Made by a program: the position numbers and the translations under genes
Shown here: positions 1-9,121 of the stretch, in pieces
Layout of the letters: every line of letters starts with the position of its first letter
How positions within the stretch are numbered: position 1 is the stretch's first letter
From: a virus
Length of the DNA stretch: 64,000 nt
Reading direction: 5' to 3' (one strand)
Virus record (IMG/VR): IMGVR_UViG_3300028392_000041
Location: 47,828-111,827 of that record
The notes under the pieces: generated by a model
Told to the model about the DNA's origin: nothing
Database searches by the model: none
Seen by the model: the letters and a program-made list of their open reading frames with translations, nothing else

Positions 1-760
1 ATGCGACAATAGCATTGACAGTTCCAGTAGCATTTGTTAAATTGCCAGTTGTCATTGCTTTAACTAATTCAGTACCACCTGTTGCTGCCATTTGATACGC
101 AGCAGTATCTTCAGCAGACCAGTCCATTTGATAACGAATACTTAACTGATTTGGAACATGAAGCGCAATTGCTTTCTTTAGTCGTTTCTGTTGTTTAGTT
201 AATTTTCCACCTGATAGTGCGCCAACAGCAGTTGCGCCAATACCACCAGCAATTAATGGACCAGCTGCACCAGCCATCGCTCCACCAACAACACTTTTAG
301 TTGCTACACTGGCAGCTGTAAATATACGAGAACTTCTTGATACATTTTTGATTCCACCAGCCATCTTTGCTTTTTCTGCTAACGATGATGCAATTTTTCC
401 AGGAGCAGCTACTGCTCCAGCAGCAGCACCTGCAGCGCCAAGGGCAATGGCTGATGGACCAGCTGTTCCAGCAATCGTTTGAGCGAGGTTATAATTATTT
501 GACGCAAGATCACCCTGCATTCTGGCAGGAACTAAAGAAGCATCAACAGTTGGTTCTTTATTGACTTTTAAAACTCTTGAATCTTCAGCTACATTAATGT
601 AGAAAATAACATAATTTCCACCATAAACTTGGTTATTAGAATATAAATCGCTTGGATATGAATATTGTTTAATATCATACTGCGATGGAGTAAATTCTGT
701 TGGTACTCCAGCTGCTCTTGGTGGGGCACTCTTAGTTGGTGTTGCTTGGGTATCTGCCAT
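1..760 (-). CDS. gp48: Baseplate tail-tube cap gp48-like (3' end runs off window)
   Basis: Hand-translated from ATG 760: MADTQATPTKSAPP...YSYPSDLYS...NYVIFYINV...RLKEAIALHVPNQLSIRYQMDW; gp48-like motifs; divergent from gp4. Confidence 0.7.
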   Translation of the reverse strand, partial: MADTQATPTKSAPPRAAGVPTEFTPSQYDIKQYSYPSDLYSNNQVYGGNYVIFYINVAEDSRVLKVNKEPTVDASLVPARMQGDLASNNYNLAQTIAGTAGPSAIALGAAGAAAGAVAAPGKIASSLAEKAKMAGGIKNVSRSSRIFTAASVATKSVVGGAMAGAAGPLIAGGIGATAVGALSGGKLTKQQKRLKKAIALHVPNQLSIRYQMDWSAEDTAAYQMAATGGTELVKAMTTGNLTNATGTVNAIVA

Positions 761-801
761 GTTTTTCTCTAAATAGTAGATTAGATCGTTATAGTATATT
801 T

Positions 802-1236
802 ATGTTCCACAAAAGAAAGTTTACACCAACAAACCCACAAAAATACTCTGGGGATCCAACAAACATAATTATGAGATCCAGCTGGGAAACCAAGTTTGCT
901 AACTGGTGTGATGTAAATCCAAGTATAGTTAAGTGGGTTTCAGAGGAAACTATTATCCCTTATCGTTGTGGCACAGATAACAAAATACATCGTTATTTCG
1001 TTGACTTTAAGATCGTTGTAAAAGAGTCAACTGGTAATCTTAAAACATATCTGGTTGAAATTAAACCATACAAACAGACAATTCCTCCTGTGTTTCCTGG
1101 ACGCCAAACTCAGCGTTATCTTCAAGAATCATTCGCTTATATCAAGAACCAGTCTAAATGGTCTGCAGCGACACAGTATGCAAAAGAGCGAGGTTGGGAG
1201 TTTATTAAACTGACGGAACATGAACTGGGACTATAA
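802..1236 (+). CDS. gp4: Head completion protein gp4 (TnsA-like nuclease fold)
   Basis: P.NP.KY.GDPTNIIMRSSWE and HRYFVDF...LVEIKP motifs; start moved to ATG 802, downstream of a TAAATA late promoter. Confidence 0.9.
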   Translation: MFHKRKFTPTNPQKYSGDPTNIIMRSSWETKFANWCDVNPSIVKWVSEETIIPYRCGTDNKIHRYFVDFKIVVKESTGNLKTYLVEIKPYKQTIPPVFPGRQTQRYLQESFAYIKNQSKWSAATQYAKERGWEFIKLTEHELGL

Positions 1237-1244
1237 ATATACTT

Positions 1245-1841
1245 ATGGCTACTAAATCTCAAATGCAGGATATCTTTGATAAGTATCGCTACGATCCTTC
1301 GATAGTGAAAAAGTCTAAGACTTGGTTCGAACAACAAGCACTGTTGTTGAGTAAGAAACGCATCACACCACAAATGGTGATTAATAATGACCCAGCAAAT
1401 GTAAAAAGCCCAAATGCTATTATGCCTGGAAAAATGTATATGTTTTTCTATGATCCAAAGCTGAAGGCAGAATTACCATACTACGATAAGTTTCCACTAG
1501 TGTTCCCATTTAGAAGAATGGAAGATGGGTTTATCGGTTTAAACATGCACTACCTTCCACATAGATTAAGAATTATGCTTATGGACAGGTTGATGATATT
1601 TGCAAACAATGACAAAATGGACGCTACAACAAAATTGCGTTACTCTTGGGCATTGATTGATGGTGTGGCTAAGTTTAATTTGGCCAAGCCATGTGTTAAA
1701 AGATATTTAACAAACCACTTAAAATCTCAGTTGGTAAATGTGCCAGCAGATGATTGGACAACAGCATTGATGCTTCCTGTAGAGAGATTTACTAAAGCAT
1801 CTAAAGAATATGTCTGGTCAGAATCTAGGAAAAAGATATGA
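1245..1841 (+). CDS. gp2: DNA end protector protein gp2
   Basis: PGKMYMFFYDPK.K..LPYYDKFPLV...GLNMHYLP motif; TATAAATA late promoter at 1233-1240. Confidence 0.9.
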   Translation: MATKSQMQDIFDKYRYDPSIVKKSKTWFEQQALLLSKKRITPQMVINNDPANVKSPNAIMPGKMYMFFYDPKLKAELPYYDKFPLVFPFRRMEDGFIGLNMHYLPHRLRIMLMDRLMIFANNDKMDATTKLRYSWALIDGVAKFNLAKPCVKRYLTNHLKSQLVNVPADDWTTALMLPVERFTKASKEYVWSESRKKI

Positions 1842-2584
1842 AGATTAGCGATTTCGTTTCGTCTATGGGTAAAGGAATGGCAAGAACAAACAGATTTTCT
1901 GTTATTTTATCTATGCCAACTGTAGTTACTGGAGACGCAACTCCTGGAAGAACAGAATTAAAAAATTTACTACTGTTCTGCGACCAAGCCCAATTACCTG
2001 GACTTACAGTAAATGCAACACCAATTAGAATATTTGGCGAAGTAAGAGAAACACCTACAGAATATAATTACGAACCAATTACTCTTTCTTTTTATGTTGA
2101 CAGAAAAATGCACCTTAAAGCATGGTTCGATGATTGGATTAAAATGATTCAAAATGGAAGTCAAAGAACATTCAGATACTATGATGAATATATTTGCCCA
2201 CAAATGCAGATTCTAGTTCAAGATACAAAAGACAGATCAACATATCAAGTAAATCTGTATGAAGTTTGGCCAAAAAGTATTGGAGCAATTCAATTAGATT
2301 ATGCTTCTAAAGATATTATGAAGCTGTCTGTAACTCTACAGTATAAGTATTGGAGATATATTACAGTTGATGACACAAGAGAAAATATTAAAGAACAGTC
2401 TGAATTAAGTAAACTTACAGGAATTCCTGAAGAATATTTCTCTAAGTTTAATTCATTCCAAAATGATTTGTCTGGAGCAATTTCTTCTAGACTTAATAGT
2501 ACCGCACTGTTGGGTTGGATGAAAGGAACAGGTGGTGGTGTTAGTGCTGATCAATCATTAAGTGCTGGCGAAGAAATAGTTTAA
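1838..2584 (+). CDS. gp54: Baseplate tail-tube initiator gp54 (gp19-like fold)
   Basis: ARTNRF, C..AQLPG, WPKSIGAIQLDY...LSVTLQYKYW motifs; synteny. Confidence 0.8.
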   Translation: MKISDFVSSMGKGMARTNRFSVILSMPTVVTGDATPGRTELKNLLLFCDQAQLPGLTVNATPIRIFGEVRETPTEYNYEPITLSFYVDRKMHLKAWFDDWIKMIQNGSQRTFRYYDEYICPQMQILVQDTKDRSTYQVNLYEVWPKSIGAIQLDYASKDIMKLSVTLQYKYWRYITVDDTRENIKEQSELSKLTGIPEEYFSKFNSFQNDLSGAISSRLNSTALLGWMKGTGGGVSADQSLSAGEEIV

Positions 2585-2599
2585 TTAAGGAGTATTAAA

Positions 2600-3118
2600 A
2601 TGGCAGAAGAAAAGAAAAAAGACGAAGATTGGATGCAAAAGAAATGGCGTCCAGCCATGGGGTGGATGTACATGGTTGTTTGTTTCTTTGATATGGTTAT
2701 CTTCCCAATTCTTTGGGCATTAGTACAAACAATTCAACACCAACAATTGGTTCAGTGGAATCCTTTAACACTTCAAGGTGCTGGTTTATTCCATGTCGCC
2801 ATGGGTGCTGTTTTAGGTATTGCTGCTTTTGGTCGTACTCAAGAGAAAATTGCAGGGAGCGCAACAAATGCCACACCAAGTACTACCCCAACACCAACGC
2901 CATCCTTTGGAGCAGGCATGCCTTCAGCACCTAGCCCAACGCAATCAGCAGGATTCGGTTCAGGTTTTAATTCCCCAACTCCAACAACAGCAGGTGGTTT
3001 CGGTGGAGCAGGAGTATCAACAACAACAGTAGCAAATGGTGGTGCTGGAACAGGATTTAATTTCGGAGCAGGATTACATCCTGATGATCCACCAACTCGT
3101 AATACTAGAAACGACTAA
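2600..3118 (+). CDS. Putative holin (3TM/GTA-holin-like) with low-complexity P/T/G tail
   Basis: WMQKKWRPAMGWMY..VC..D motif, hydrophobic segments, GAVLGIAAFGRTQEK. Confidence 0.65.
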   Translation: MAEEKKKDEDWMQKKWRPAMGWMYMVVCFFDMVIFPILWALVQTIQHQQLVQWNPLTLQGAGLFHVAMGAVLGIAAFGRTQEKIAGSATNATPSTTPTPTPSFGAGMPSAPSPTQSAGFGSGFNSPTPTTAGGFGGAGVSTTTVANGGAGTGFNFGAGLHPDDPPTRNTRND

Positions 3119-3120
3119 TA

Positions 3121-3537
3121 ATGAAAATTGATGATAATTTGAGCGAAATCTTTAATATGACTCCGATTGAAAAGGTAACAGGTGAATTAATCGTTGCTGA
3201 AACTGGAGAAATTATAGAATCACAAGACCAAAAGATTGAATCTGATTATGATAAAACCAGAGCAAATCTTTTGGACTTATTGACCAAAGGTCAAGACGCA
3301 TTAACAACTGCTCTTGCTGTTGCAAAACAGTCTGAACATCCAAGAGCATTTGAAGTCGTTGGGAATTTAATGAAACAGGTTGCAGATATTAATAGTCAGC
3401 TTATGGAATTACATCAACAGAAACAGAAAATTGATGAACCAAAAGGTGGCGCAAAAACTGTAAATAATAATGCTATCTTTGTAGGTAGCACAAGCGAATT
3501 GAACAAATTGATTGATAAGATGAATAAGGGGAATTGA
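3121..3537 (+). CDS. gp16: Terminase small subunit gp16
   Basis: DY...R.NL..L...G, SEHPRAFEV, NNAIFVGSTSEL motifs. Confidence 0.85.
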   Translation: MKIDDNLSEIFNMTPIEKVTGELIVAETGEIIESQDQKIESDYDKTRANLLDLLTKGQDALTTALAVAKQSEHPRAFEVVGNLMKQVADINSQLMELHQQKQKIDEPKGGAKTVNNNAIFVGSTSELNKLIDKMNKGN

Positions 3538-3540
3538 GTT

Positions 3541-4251
3541 ATGTCATTACCGATGATGAAGACACCATTATATTCTGTGAAGATTCCTTCTACAGAACAA
3601 AAAGTAACATTTAGACCATTTTTGGTCAGAGAAGAAAAAGCATTGTTGCTGGCACAGCAAAGCGAGAGTGTTGAGGTTATGACCAATACACTGAAAGAAA
3701 TTATTACAAACTGCGTTAGAGAAAAAATTAATATTGATTCTTTGGCAGTTTTTGATGTTGAATATTTGTTTACACAAATAAGAGCAAAGTCTGTGGGTGA
3801 AACTGTTGACTTAGTGTTTAATTGTCAGCACTGCGAACAAGAAAAAAATAAAGTTAAATTGTCTATTGATTTAACAACTATTGAAATAGTTAAAGATCCT
3901 AACCATACAAATAGAATACATCTATTTGATGAGTGTGGTGTAATGATGAGATATCCAAATCTAGAAACATTCAGAAAAGCGGATGGTAAAGAAGAAGATA
4001 TTAATGCTGTTATGGAGTTGGTTATTGACTGTATTGAGTCAATCTATAATGGCGATGAAGTATTTTATGCCAAAGAACAAACTAAAAAAGAATTAGAAGA
4101 TTTTGTAATGAATCTTACCAAAGAACAATTCGATAAAATTGAAGAATTTTTTGTTAGTATTCCAAAGTTTAAAAAAGTAATAGAATTTGACTGCCCAGCG
4201 TGTGGCGCACATAACGAAACAGCTCTGGAGGGAACAGCCAGTTTTTTTTAA
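3541..4251 (+). CDS. gp26: Baseplate hub assembly chaperone gp26
   Basis: LP....P.Y...IPST....FRPFLVREEK.LL, FDVEYLF.QIRAKSVGE, two CxxC, ends EG..SFF. Confidence 0.88.
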   Translation: MSLPMMKTPLYSVKIPSTEQKVTFRPFLVREEKALLLAQQSESVEVMTNTLKEIITNCVREKINIDSLAVFDVEYLFTQIRAKSVGETVDLVFNCQHCEQEKNKVKLSIDLTTIEIVKDPNHTNRIHLFDECGVMMRYPNLETFRKADGKEEDINAVMELVIDCIESIYNGDEVFYAKEQTKKELEDFVMNLTKEQFDKIEEFFVSIPKFKKVIEFDCPACGAHNETALEGTASFF

Positions 4252-4430
4252 TAAATCTCAGTCATGAGTCGTTGGCCAATTACTATAAAACCAACTTCGC
4301 TCTGATGCAATATCACAAATATTCTCTGACTGAGATTGAAGATATGATTCCTTTCGAAAGAGAGATCTATGTTGCTATGCTGGTTGAATTCTTACAAGAA
4401 GAAAAACAAAGATTAGAGAGAAACAAGTAA
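4248..4430 (+). CDS. gp51: Baseplate hub assembly catalyst gp51-like segment (absent from ORF track; probably reached by -1 frameshift from gp26)
   Basis: -1 frame reads LINLSHESLANYYKTNFALMQYHKYSLTEIEDMIPFEREIYVAMLVEFLQEEKQRLERNK*. Confidence 0.8.
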   Translation, partial: LINLSHESLANYYKTNFALMQYHKYSLTEIEDMIPFEREIYVAMLVEFLQEEKQRLERNK

Positions 4431-4431
4431 A

Positions 4432-6012
4432 ATGACAATGCAAGAACTTCTTAAGTTGCAAGCTGCGATGACAGAGAAAAACACTCTGTCCATCAATTTA
4501 AACACGCATGCAGCAAACGATCTAAAGGTTGATGTTAAGAAGTTATCTGAAGCGCAGGTCAAAGCAGCAAATGATGAAGAATACAAAAAGAAACGCGAAG
4601 AGCAAGTAACTGATAGTCTAAAGCAATTAAATGCGACAATTAAAGAAGCAATCAAAAATGGTCTTGGCGCAGCAACTGCATCAAGAATTGGTGAAAATGA
4701 TGAATCTAGACAAAATGTCGCTGGAGCAAATAGTAAATTAAGAGAATTAATGCTTGGTGGTAAAAAAGGCGACGAACAAGTACAAAGTATAACTGGTATT
4801 CGTGGTGCAATTGATAAGTGGCTTGGTAAAAGAGAAGAAAAAGCAGCACTTAAACAAGAGAAAAAAGAATTCGTTCAAGGTGCTCTTGGTAATGATAAGC
4901 GAGCAATTGCGTTAAAGAATCTAAAAGGCGAAGATTATGCTAAGGCTGACGCTGAGAAGAGATTCGAAGAAATTAAAGCAAAAGAAAAAGAAATAGCAGA
5001 AGCACAAAGAAGAGTTGATGCTTCTAAAGCAGCTGGATATGCTCCAAAGAAAAAAGATCTAGAAGCAGTGGACAAGGGAACAAAAGAACTTGCCACTATG
5101 GATCCAAGAATGAAGTCAACTCTAACTAGAACTGCTCAAGAAGAAGCGCAAGAGTTTGATAAGAAAGCGAAATTAGATACAGTAAAAGCACAAGGTGACG
5201 AAGTAACAATCGAGCGTGGTATTGGCAAGTCATTAATAGACTCGCTTGATGTTCAGAAACAACAGCTCGCAGCATTACAACAACTTGTTGAACTTGGTGG
5301 TTCTGGTGGAGGAAGTGGTAGTGCTTCTTCTGTTGCTGCAGATTTAGCAGAAGCTGCTGTAGACAGTGCTGGTAATGGTAAAGGTGGCAAAGGTAAAATG
5401 CTTGGTAAGGCAGGTAAATTTTTGGCCAGAAATGCTGGTAAGATAGGTGCTATCGGAGCAGTTGGTATGGGTGCTTATGAAGCATATAGTGGGTATAATG
5501 ATGCTGAGGAAGCAGTTCAGCGTGGTGAAATAACCAAAGAAGAAGGACAGGTTAAAAAAGGTGAGGCAGTTGGAGGTGGTGTTGGTGGCGCAGGTGGTGC
5601 ACTTGCTGGTGCTGCTGCAGGTGCTGCAATTGGTTCTGTCGTTCCTGTGGTTGGAACTGCCATCGGTGGTTTAATCGGTGGTGCTCTAGGATATTATGGT
5701 GGTTCAAAAGTTGGTACTGCTGTTGGTGGCGCAGGTGTTAAAGCAGCACAAGGATTCCAAGCTGGAGATACAGTTGCTTATGATGAGATGGGTAATCCTA
5801 TTGGATCTGCTCCTACATCCTCGGAGAAAATAGAAACTGGTTCTAAAACAAATGAATCATTAAAAGTTAAAACAAGCTCTGCTCCAACTGTTGTTAATGC
5901 TCCAACAACAATTAATAATAACGGTAGTAAGGGTGGTTCAGTTGACATTAGATCACCACTCCGTAATCAAGAATCAAGCGTAAATAGTTACATTTCCAAT
6001 CGCTACGCATAA
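4432..6012 (+). CDS. Putative baseplate hub / tape-measure (gp29-like) protein with coiled coils and glycine-zipper segment
   Basis: Position after gp26/gp51; long helical K/E/A-rich region then GAAAGAAIG repeats. Confidence 0.55.
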   Translation: MTMQELLKLQAAMTEKNTLSINLNTHAANDLKVDVKKLSEAQVKAANDEEYKKKREEQVTDSLKQLNATIKEAIKNGLGAATASRIGENDESRQNVAGANSKLRELMLGGKKGDEQVQSITGIRGAIDKWLGKREEKAALKQEKKEFVQGALGNDKRAIALKNLKGEDYAKADAEKRFEEIKAKEKEIAEAQRRVDASKAAGYAPKKKDLEAVDKGTKELATMDPRMKSTLTRTAQEEAQEFDKKAKLDTVKAQGDEVTIERGIGKSLIDSLDVQKQQLAALQQLVELGGSGGGSGSASSVAADLAEAAVDSAGNGKGGKGKMLGKAGKFLARNAGKIGAIGAVGMGAYEAYSGYNDAEEAVQRGEITKEEGQVKKGEAVGGGVGGAGGALAGAAAGAAIGSVVPVVGTAIGGLIGGALGYYGGSKVGTAVGGAGVKAAQGFQAGDTVAYDEMGNPIGSAPTSSEKIETGSKTNESLKVKTSSAPTVVNAPTTINNNGSKGGSVDIRSPLRNQESSVNSYISNRYA

Positions 6013-6039
6013 AAAAAGGGATCCGAAGATCCCTTTTTC
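6011..6039. terminator. Bidirectional intrinsic terminator between convergent late and middle genes
   Basis: AAAAAAA-GGGATC-CGAA-GATCCC-TTTTT. Confidence 0.85.
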
Positions 6040-6041
6040 AT

Positions 6042-6113
6042 TTACTTGTTCATTACATACATTGTAACTTCGAACCCAAATCTCATTTCTGTAGCAGCTG
6101 GTTTAGTCCACAT
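6042..6113 (-). CDS. pqqA: PQQ precursor peptide PqqA (23 aa; below ORF-track cutoff)
   Basis: MWTKPAATEMRFGFEVTMYVMNK with ExxxY motif; GGAGA SD. Confidence 0.93.
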   Translation of the reverse strand: MWTKPAATEMRFGFEVTMYVMNK

Positions 6114-6212
6114 AACAATCTCCAAAAGATTGACAGCAAATCCTGTCACATTTACTTATAATATAAGAGCAGGATTTGCCTAAGTGAATCTATTAAACTC
6201 TACTAATGAAAA

Positions 6213-7142
6213 TTATGCTTCGTCAGCGATTTTCTGGAAGTAAGACATGACATCTTCGTCATCGTCATTAATCTCAGGTGCTTTAGAAACTGTTACTGGC
6301 TTAGATGCTACAGTAGTGGCAGTTGACTTTGGAGCAACATAATCATCATCTTCAGACAAGGCTGCAGCTGACTTAATAGGTGTTCCTTCACCATCTAACA
6401 CATCTGACAGTTTCTTAGTCAGTTCTTCAAAAGATTTGAAGTTTTTACGATCTAAGAACTCAGACAACTTGTAAGATTTGTTTAGAATCTCAACCATCTT
6501 TTCTTCATCACCAGATGCCAACTCAGTTGGATCCATAAAAGTGGATTGGTCATAATTAGCATAACCATCTACCTTACGCATACGCAACTTAAAGTCTGCG
6601 CCTTCGAATGGATCGAAGACATTAACTGGCTTCTCATCTTCAAAAGTCGGACGAGCTTTATCCATGATTTTATCAAAGATTTTCTTACCAAACTTAAACA
6701 AGCGAACTTGTCCTTCATTCTCTGGATGCTTTGGATCAGAAACGATCAAAACATTACAGATGTAAGATAACTTACGCTTTTGTTTACGAGCAATTTCCTT
6801 GTTGGCATCAGAACCAGAATTCCACAATTTAGAATTCAATTCACCGACAGGATCTTTCTCACCAAGAGTGGTAAGAGAGTTCTCGATATACCACTTACCA
6901 GTTGGACCCTGGAAGGAGTGGTTAAAGATACGAACCCATGGGAGTTCGTCACCTTCTACGCGAGGTAGAAAACGCAGTGTGGCTGTACCATTACCAGCCT
7001 TATCGGCTTCTAGTTTCCACATTCTGTCGTCTTGGTAGGATTTTTTGCCACCGCCAGATTCGGGGTTAGCAATTTTTTCGAATTCGGAAGTGATTTTACC
7101 GAAATCTGTGTTACGCATTTTGCGAAGTGCTTGAATGTCCAT
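6213..7142 (-). CDS. gp32: Single-stranded DNA-binding protein gp32
   Basis: DKAGNG.A.LRFLP, HSFQGPTGKWYIENSLTT, acidic C-terminal tail. Confidence 0.95.
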   Translation of the reverse strand: MDIQALRKMRNTDFGKITSEFEKIANPESGGGKKSYQDDRMWKLEADKAGNGTATLRFLPRVEGDELPWVRIFNHSFQGPTGKWYIENSLTTLGEKDPVGELNSKLWNSGSDANKEIARKQKRKLSYICNVLIVSDPKHPENEGQVRLFKFGKKIFDKIMDKARPTFEDEKPVNVFDPFEGADFKLRMRKVDGYANYDQSTFMDPTELASGDEEKMVEILNKSYKLSEFLDRKNFKSFEELTKKLSDVLDGEGTPIKSAAALSEDDDYVAPKSTATTVASKPVTVSKAPEINDDDEDVMSYFQKIADEA

Positions 7143-7165
7143 CGTATTTCCTTTGTATAAATGTA

Positions 7166-7369
7166 TTAATATGTTTTTGTATTAGTATTATCGTCTTCAT
7201 CGTATGTTTCAAAATCATAATCTAAGTCTTGCTCATCATAATATTCTTCAACATAACTATTTAGTACTTTCATACCTTTACCTTTTTGGTTCTTGGAATG
7301 TTTAGTTTTTTTAAACTTACCAGTAACCTCTACTTCATCTTCGAAGTGAAGATCTATCTTGCGATTCAT
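7166..7369 (-). CDS. Hypothetical protein (basic N-half, acidic C-half)
   Basis: ORF between gp59 and gp32. Confidence 0.6.
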   Translation of the reverse strand: MNRKIDLHFEDEVEVTGKFKKTKHSKNQKGKGMKVLNSYVEEYYDEQDLDYDFETYDEDDNTNTKTY

Positions 7370-7370
7370 A

Positions 7371-7982
7371 TCAGTGCAACTCTAAAATTTCCTGTTTAAA
7401 ATTCTCATAGACACGCAAGAGTCGTTCGGTATTAAACTTCACGAAACCCTTACATTTATCTATTCTACGGCATTCTTCTCCCAAAAGCAAATTTAATTGC
7501 GAAGGTATTCTTGCAATGTAATTCGTATAAGAATCTAAAATTACCATAGTTTCTATTGTGATATAACCACCGAGATATAATTTAAATAACTCAGGGAAAT
7601 CACTACCACTCTTTTCATATAGATGATTCTCAGATAAACCCTCTTTCTCTAGATGCAAGCAGATTGCATGTAAGTCGTTTTCAAAAACTTGTGACATACT
7701 TTCTTTTCGTTTATTCCAAGTACTTAAATTACGCTCACCCTCTCCTGGGTCATAGACAACTTCATTATTTCCGTAAGCAAAATTAGCAACAAAATATTGA
7801 ATCACATCCCTTTCGGTTGGAAACTTTCTTGCCAATTTTTCAAAGATAAACCTATCATTACGATTATAAAAAGTGTCTCGAGCACCTTTTACATGACCAC
7901 GATTGTTAAACACATTATACGCATTCGTAGTAAAGTGTAACTTCACAGCCATATAAAGTTTCCATACCTTATATCCGTCCAC
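7371..7982 (-). CDS. gp59: Helicase loader gp59
   Basis: Y.AVKLHFT...Y, RNDRFIFEKLA, I.IET.VILD; synteny with gp32/gp33. Confidence 0.9.
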   Translation of the reverse strand: MDGYKVWKLYMAVKLHFTTNAYNVFNNRGHVKGARDTFYNRNDRFIFEKLARKFPTERDVIQYFVANFAYGNNEVVYDPGEGERNLSTWNKRKESMSQVFENDLHAICLHLEKEGLSENHLYEKSGSDFPELFKLYLGGYITIETMVILDSYTNYIARIPSQLNLLLGEECRRIDKCKGFVKFNTERLLRVYENFKQEILELH

Positions 7983-8143
7983 GATTTAATTTCCTACAAT
8001 CAGTTCTCACTTCAATTGGGAAATCTGGAGAGATTTCCGCCAATCTACAATCATAAACTACTACGCCATGTTTAGGGATTGCTAAGAACATAGTTCCCCA
8101 AACCAGCGTAAAAGCAAAAATAACAGCAAGCGTCAATTTCAAA

Positions 8144-8383
8144 TTAAACATCAAGTTGTGCCGTTTTCGGTAGGTGTCCACTCTGTTGAAAATCCATCTT
8201 CATTTTTTCTTTGAGGGACTTGTTAATCAAAGATTTAATTTCTTCAGGGTCAATGAAGTTTTCCTTACAATATTCCAAGATAGCATCGACATGGGTACAC
8301 TTCTTGTCTCTTGCCAATTGTTCTATATAAAGAGAAAACGACTTTGAATCTTCAAATACTTTTAAGTTTGTTGATGTAGGCAT
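8144..8383 (-). CDS. gp33: Late transcription coactivator gp33
   Basis: FS..IE.......THVDAILEYC.EN.ID.E....LI..SLKEK motif. Confidence 0.88.
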   Translation of the reverse strand: MPTSTNLKVFEDSKSFSLYIEQLARDKKCTHVDAILEYCKENFIDPEEIKSLINKSLKEKMKMDFQQSGHLPKTAQLDV

Positions 8384-8636
8384 TTGCTGTTGTGATTACC
8401 TCGTTTAGTTCGCTATACTCTCGCGATTTTGATTTATAGAGTTTCCAAACTGGGGTATCAGTTTCTTCAGGATTCATTTTTCGGTCAAACATATCAAGAT
8501 ACTTGTCAAACCAACGATCCATTACTTTTCGTTGCTTAATCAAAGAAAGATGAATTTTCTCTAATGCTACGATATCTCTATCCATTGCGCAAAGGGAAAA
8601 CTTCTCTTGATACTCATATTTACTCAACTCCATCAC
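8352..8636 (-). CDS. Hypothetical protein
   Basis: ORF with AGGAG SD downstream of a sigma70-type promoter. Confidence 0.6.
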   Translation of the reverse strand: MMELSKYEYQEKFSLCAMDRDIVALEKIHLSLIKQRKVMDRWFDKYLDMFDRKMNPEETDTPVWKLYKSKSREYSELNEVITTANAYINKLKSI

Positions 8637-8663
8637 AGGCTCCTTTTCTATAGTCCTAAGACT

Positions 8664-8692
8664 ATTATACCCTATTTACGAATTAATGTCAA
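8664..8692 (-). promoter_or_regulatory. Phage early/middle sigma70-type promoter TTGACA-TTAATTC-N10-TATAAT
   Basis: Consensus hexamers with 17-nt spacer; 39 nt (8664-8702) identical to 42651-42689; same family at about 14980, 17310, 22583, 22832, 23430, 24645, 24884, 40118. Confidence 0.85.
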
Positions 8693-9121
8693 GCATTATT
8701 TTCGACCTGTAGGAGAGTCTCCATGCTTGGTTGCAGCGTATAGCATACACATAGTGCCTTGAGAGTCGTAGGCGCATTTAATTGCAACTGGGTCAACACC
8801 CTTTACAATACCATTTTCAATATTTGCAGACATGAGTCGGTCTTTTTGCAAATTATAGTATGCAATAGAACTAATCGCTGTCATCAAAACCACAGTCGTA
8901 CAAATTACAAATAAGTTTCTTTCAGTCATAATAAAACATCCTTTTATTTTGTTAATAAGATCCATCATCGATAACTATCCTTACTGTTAGTGGACCAACA
9001 GTGGCACAAATTACATGCCTTGCTGGATCCATATCATCTGGACCACGCACATCAAAATCAATTCTCCAGTGATATGGGTTTACCGCAAGCGAAATCCAAA
9101 CACCTGAATATTTTAACCAAT

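Noticed and set aside
736-801. N-terminal extension of gp4 from TTG 736
   Set aside because: It overlaps the divergent gp48 start and the late promoters; the family motif begins at ATG 802.
5290-5760. Gly/Ala-rich repeats as a DNA repeat element
   Set aside because: Explained by the glycine-zipper protein sequence; the codons vary.
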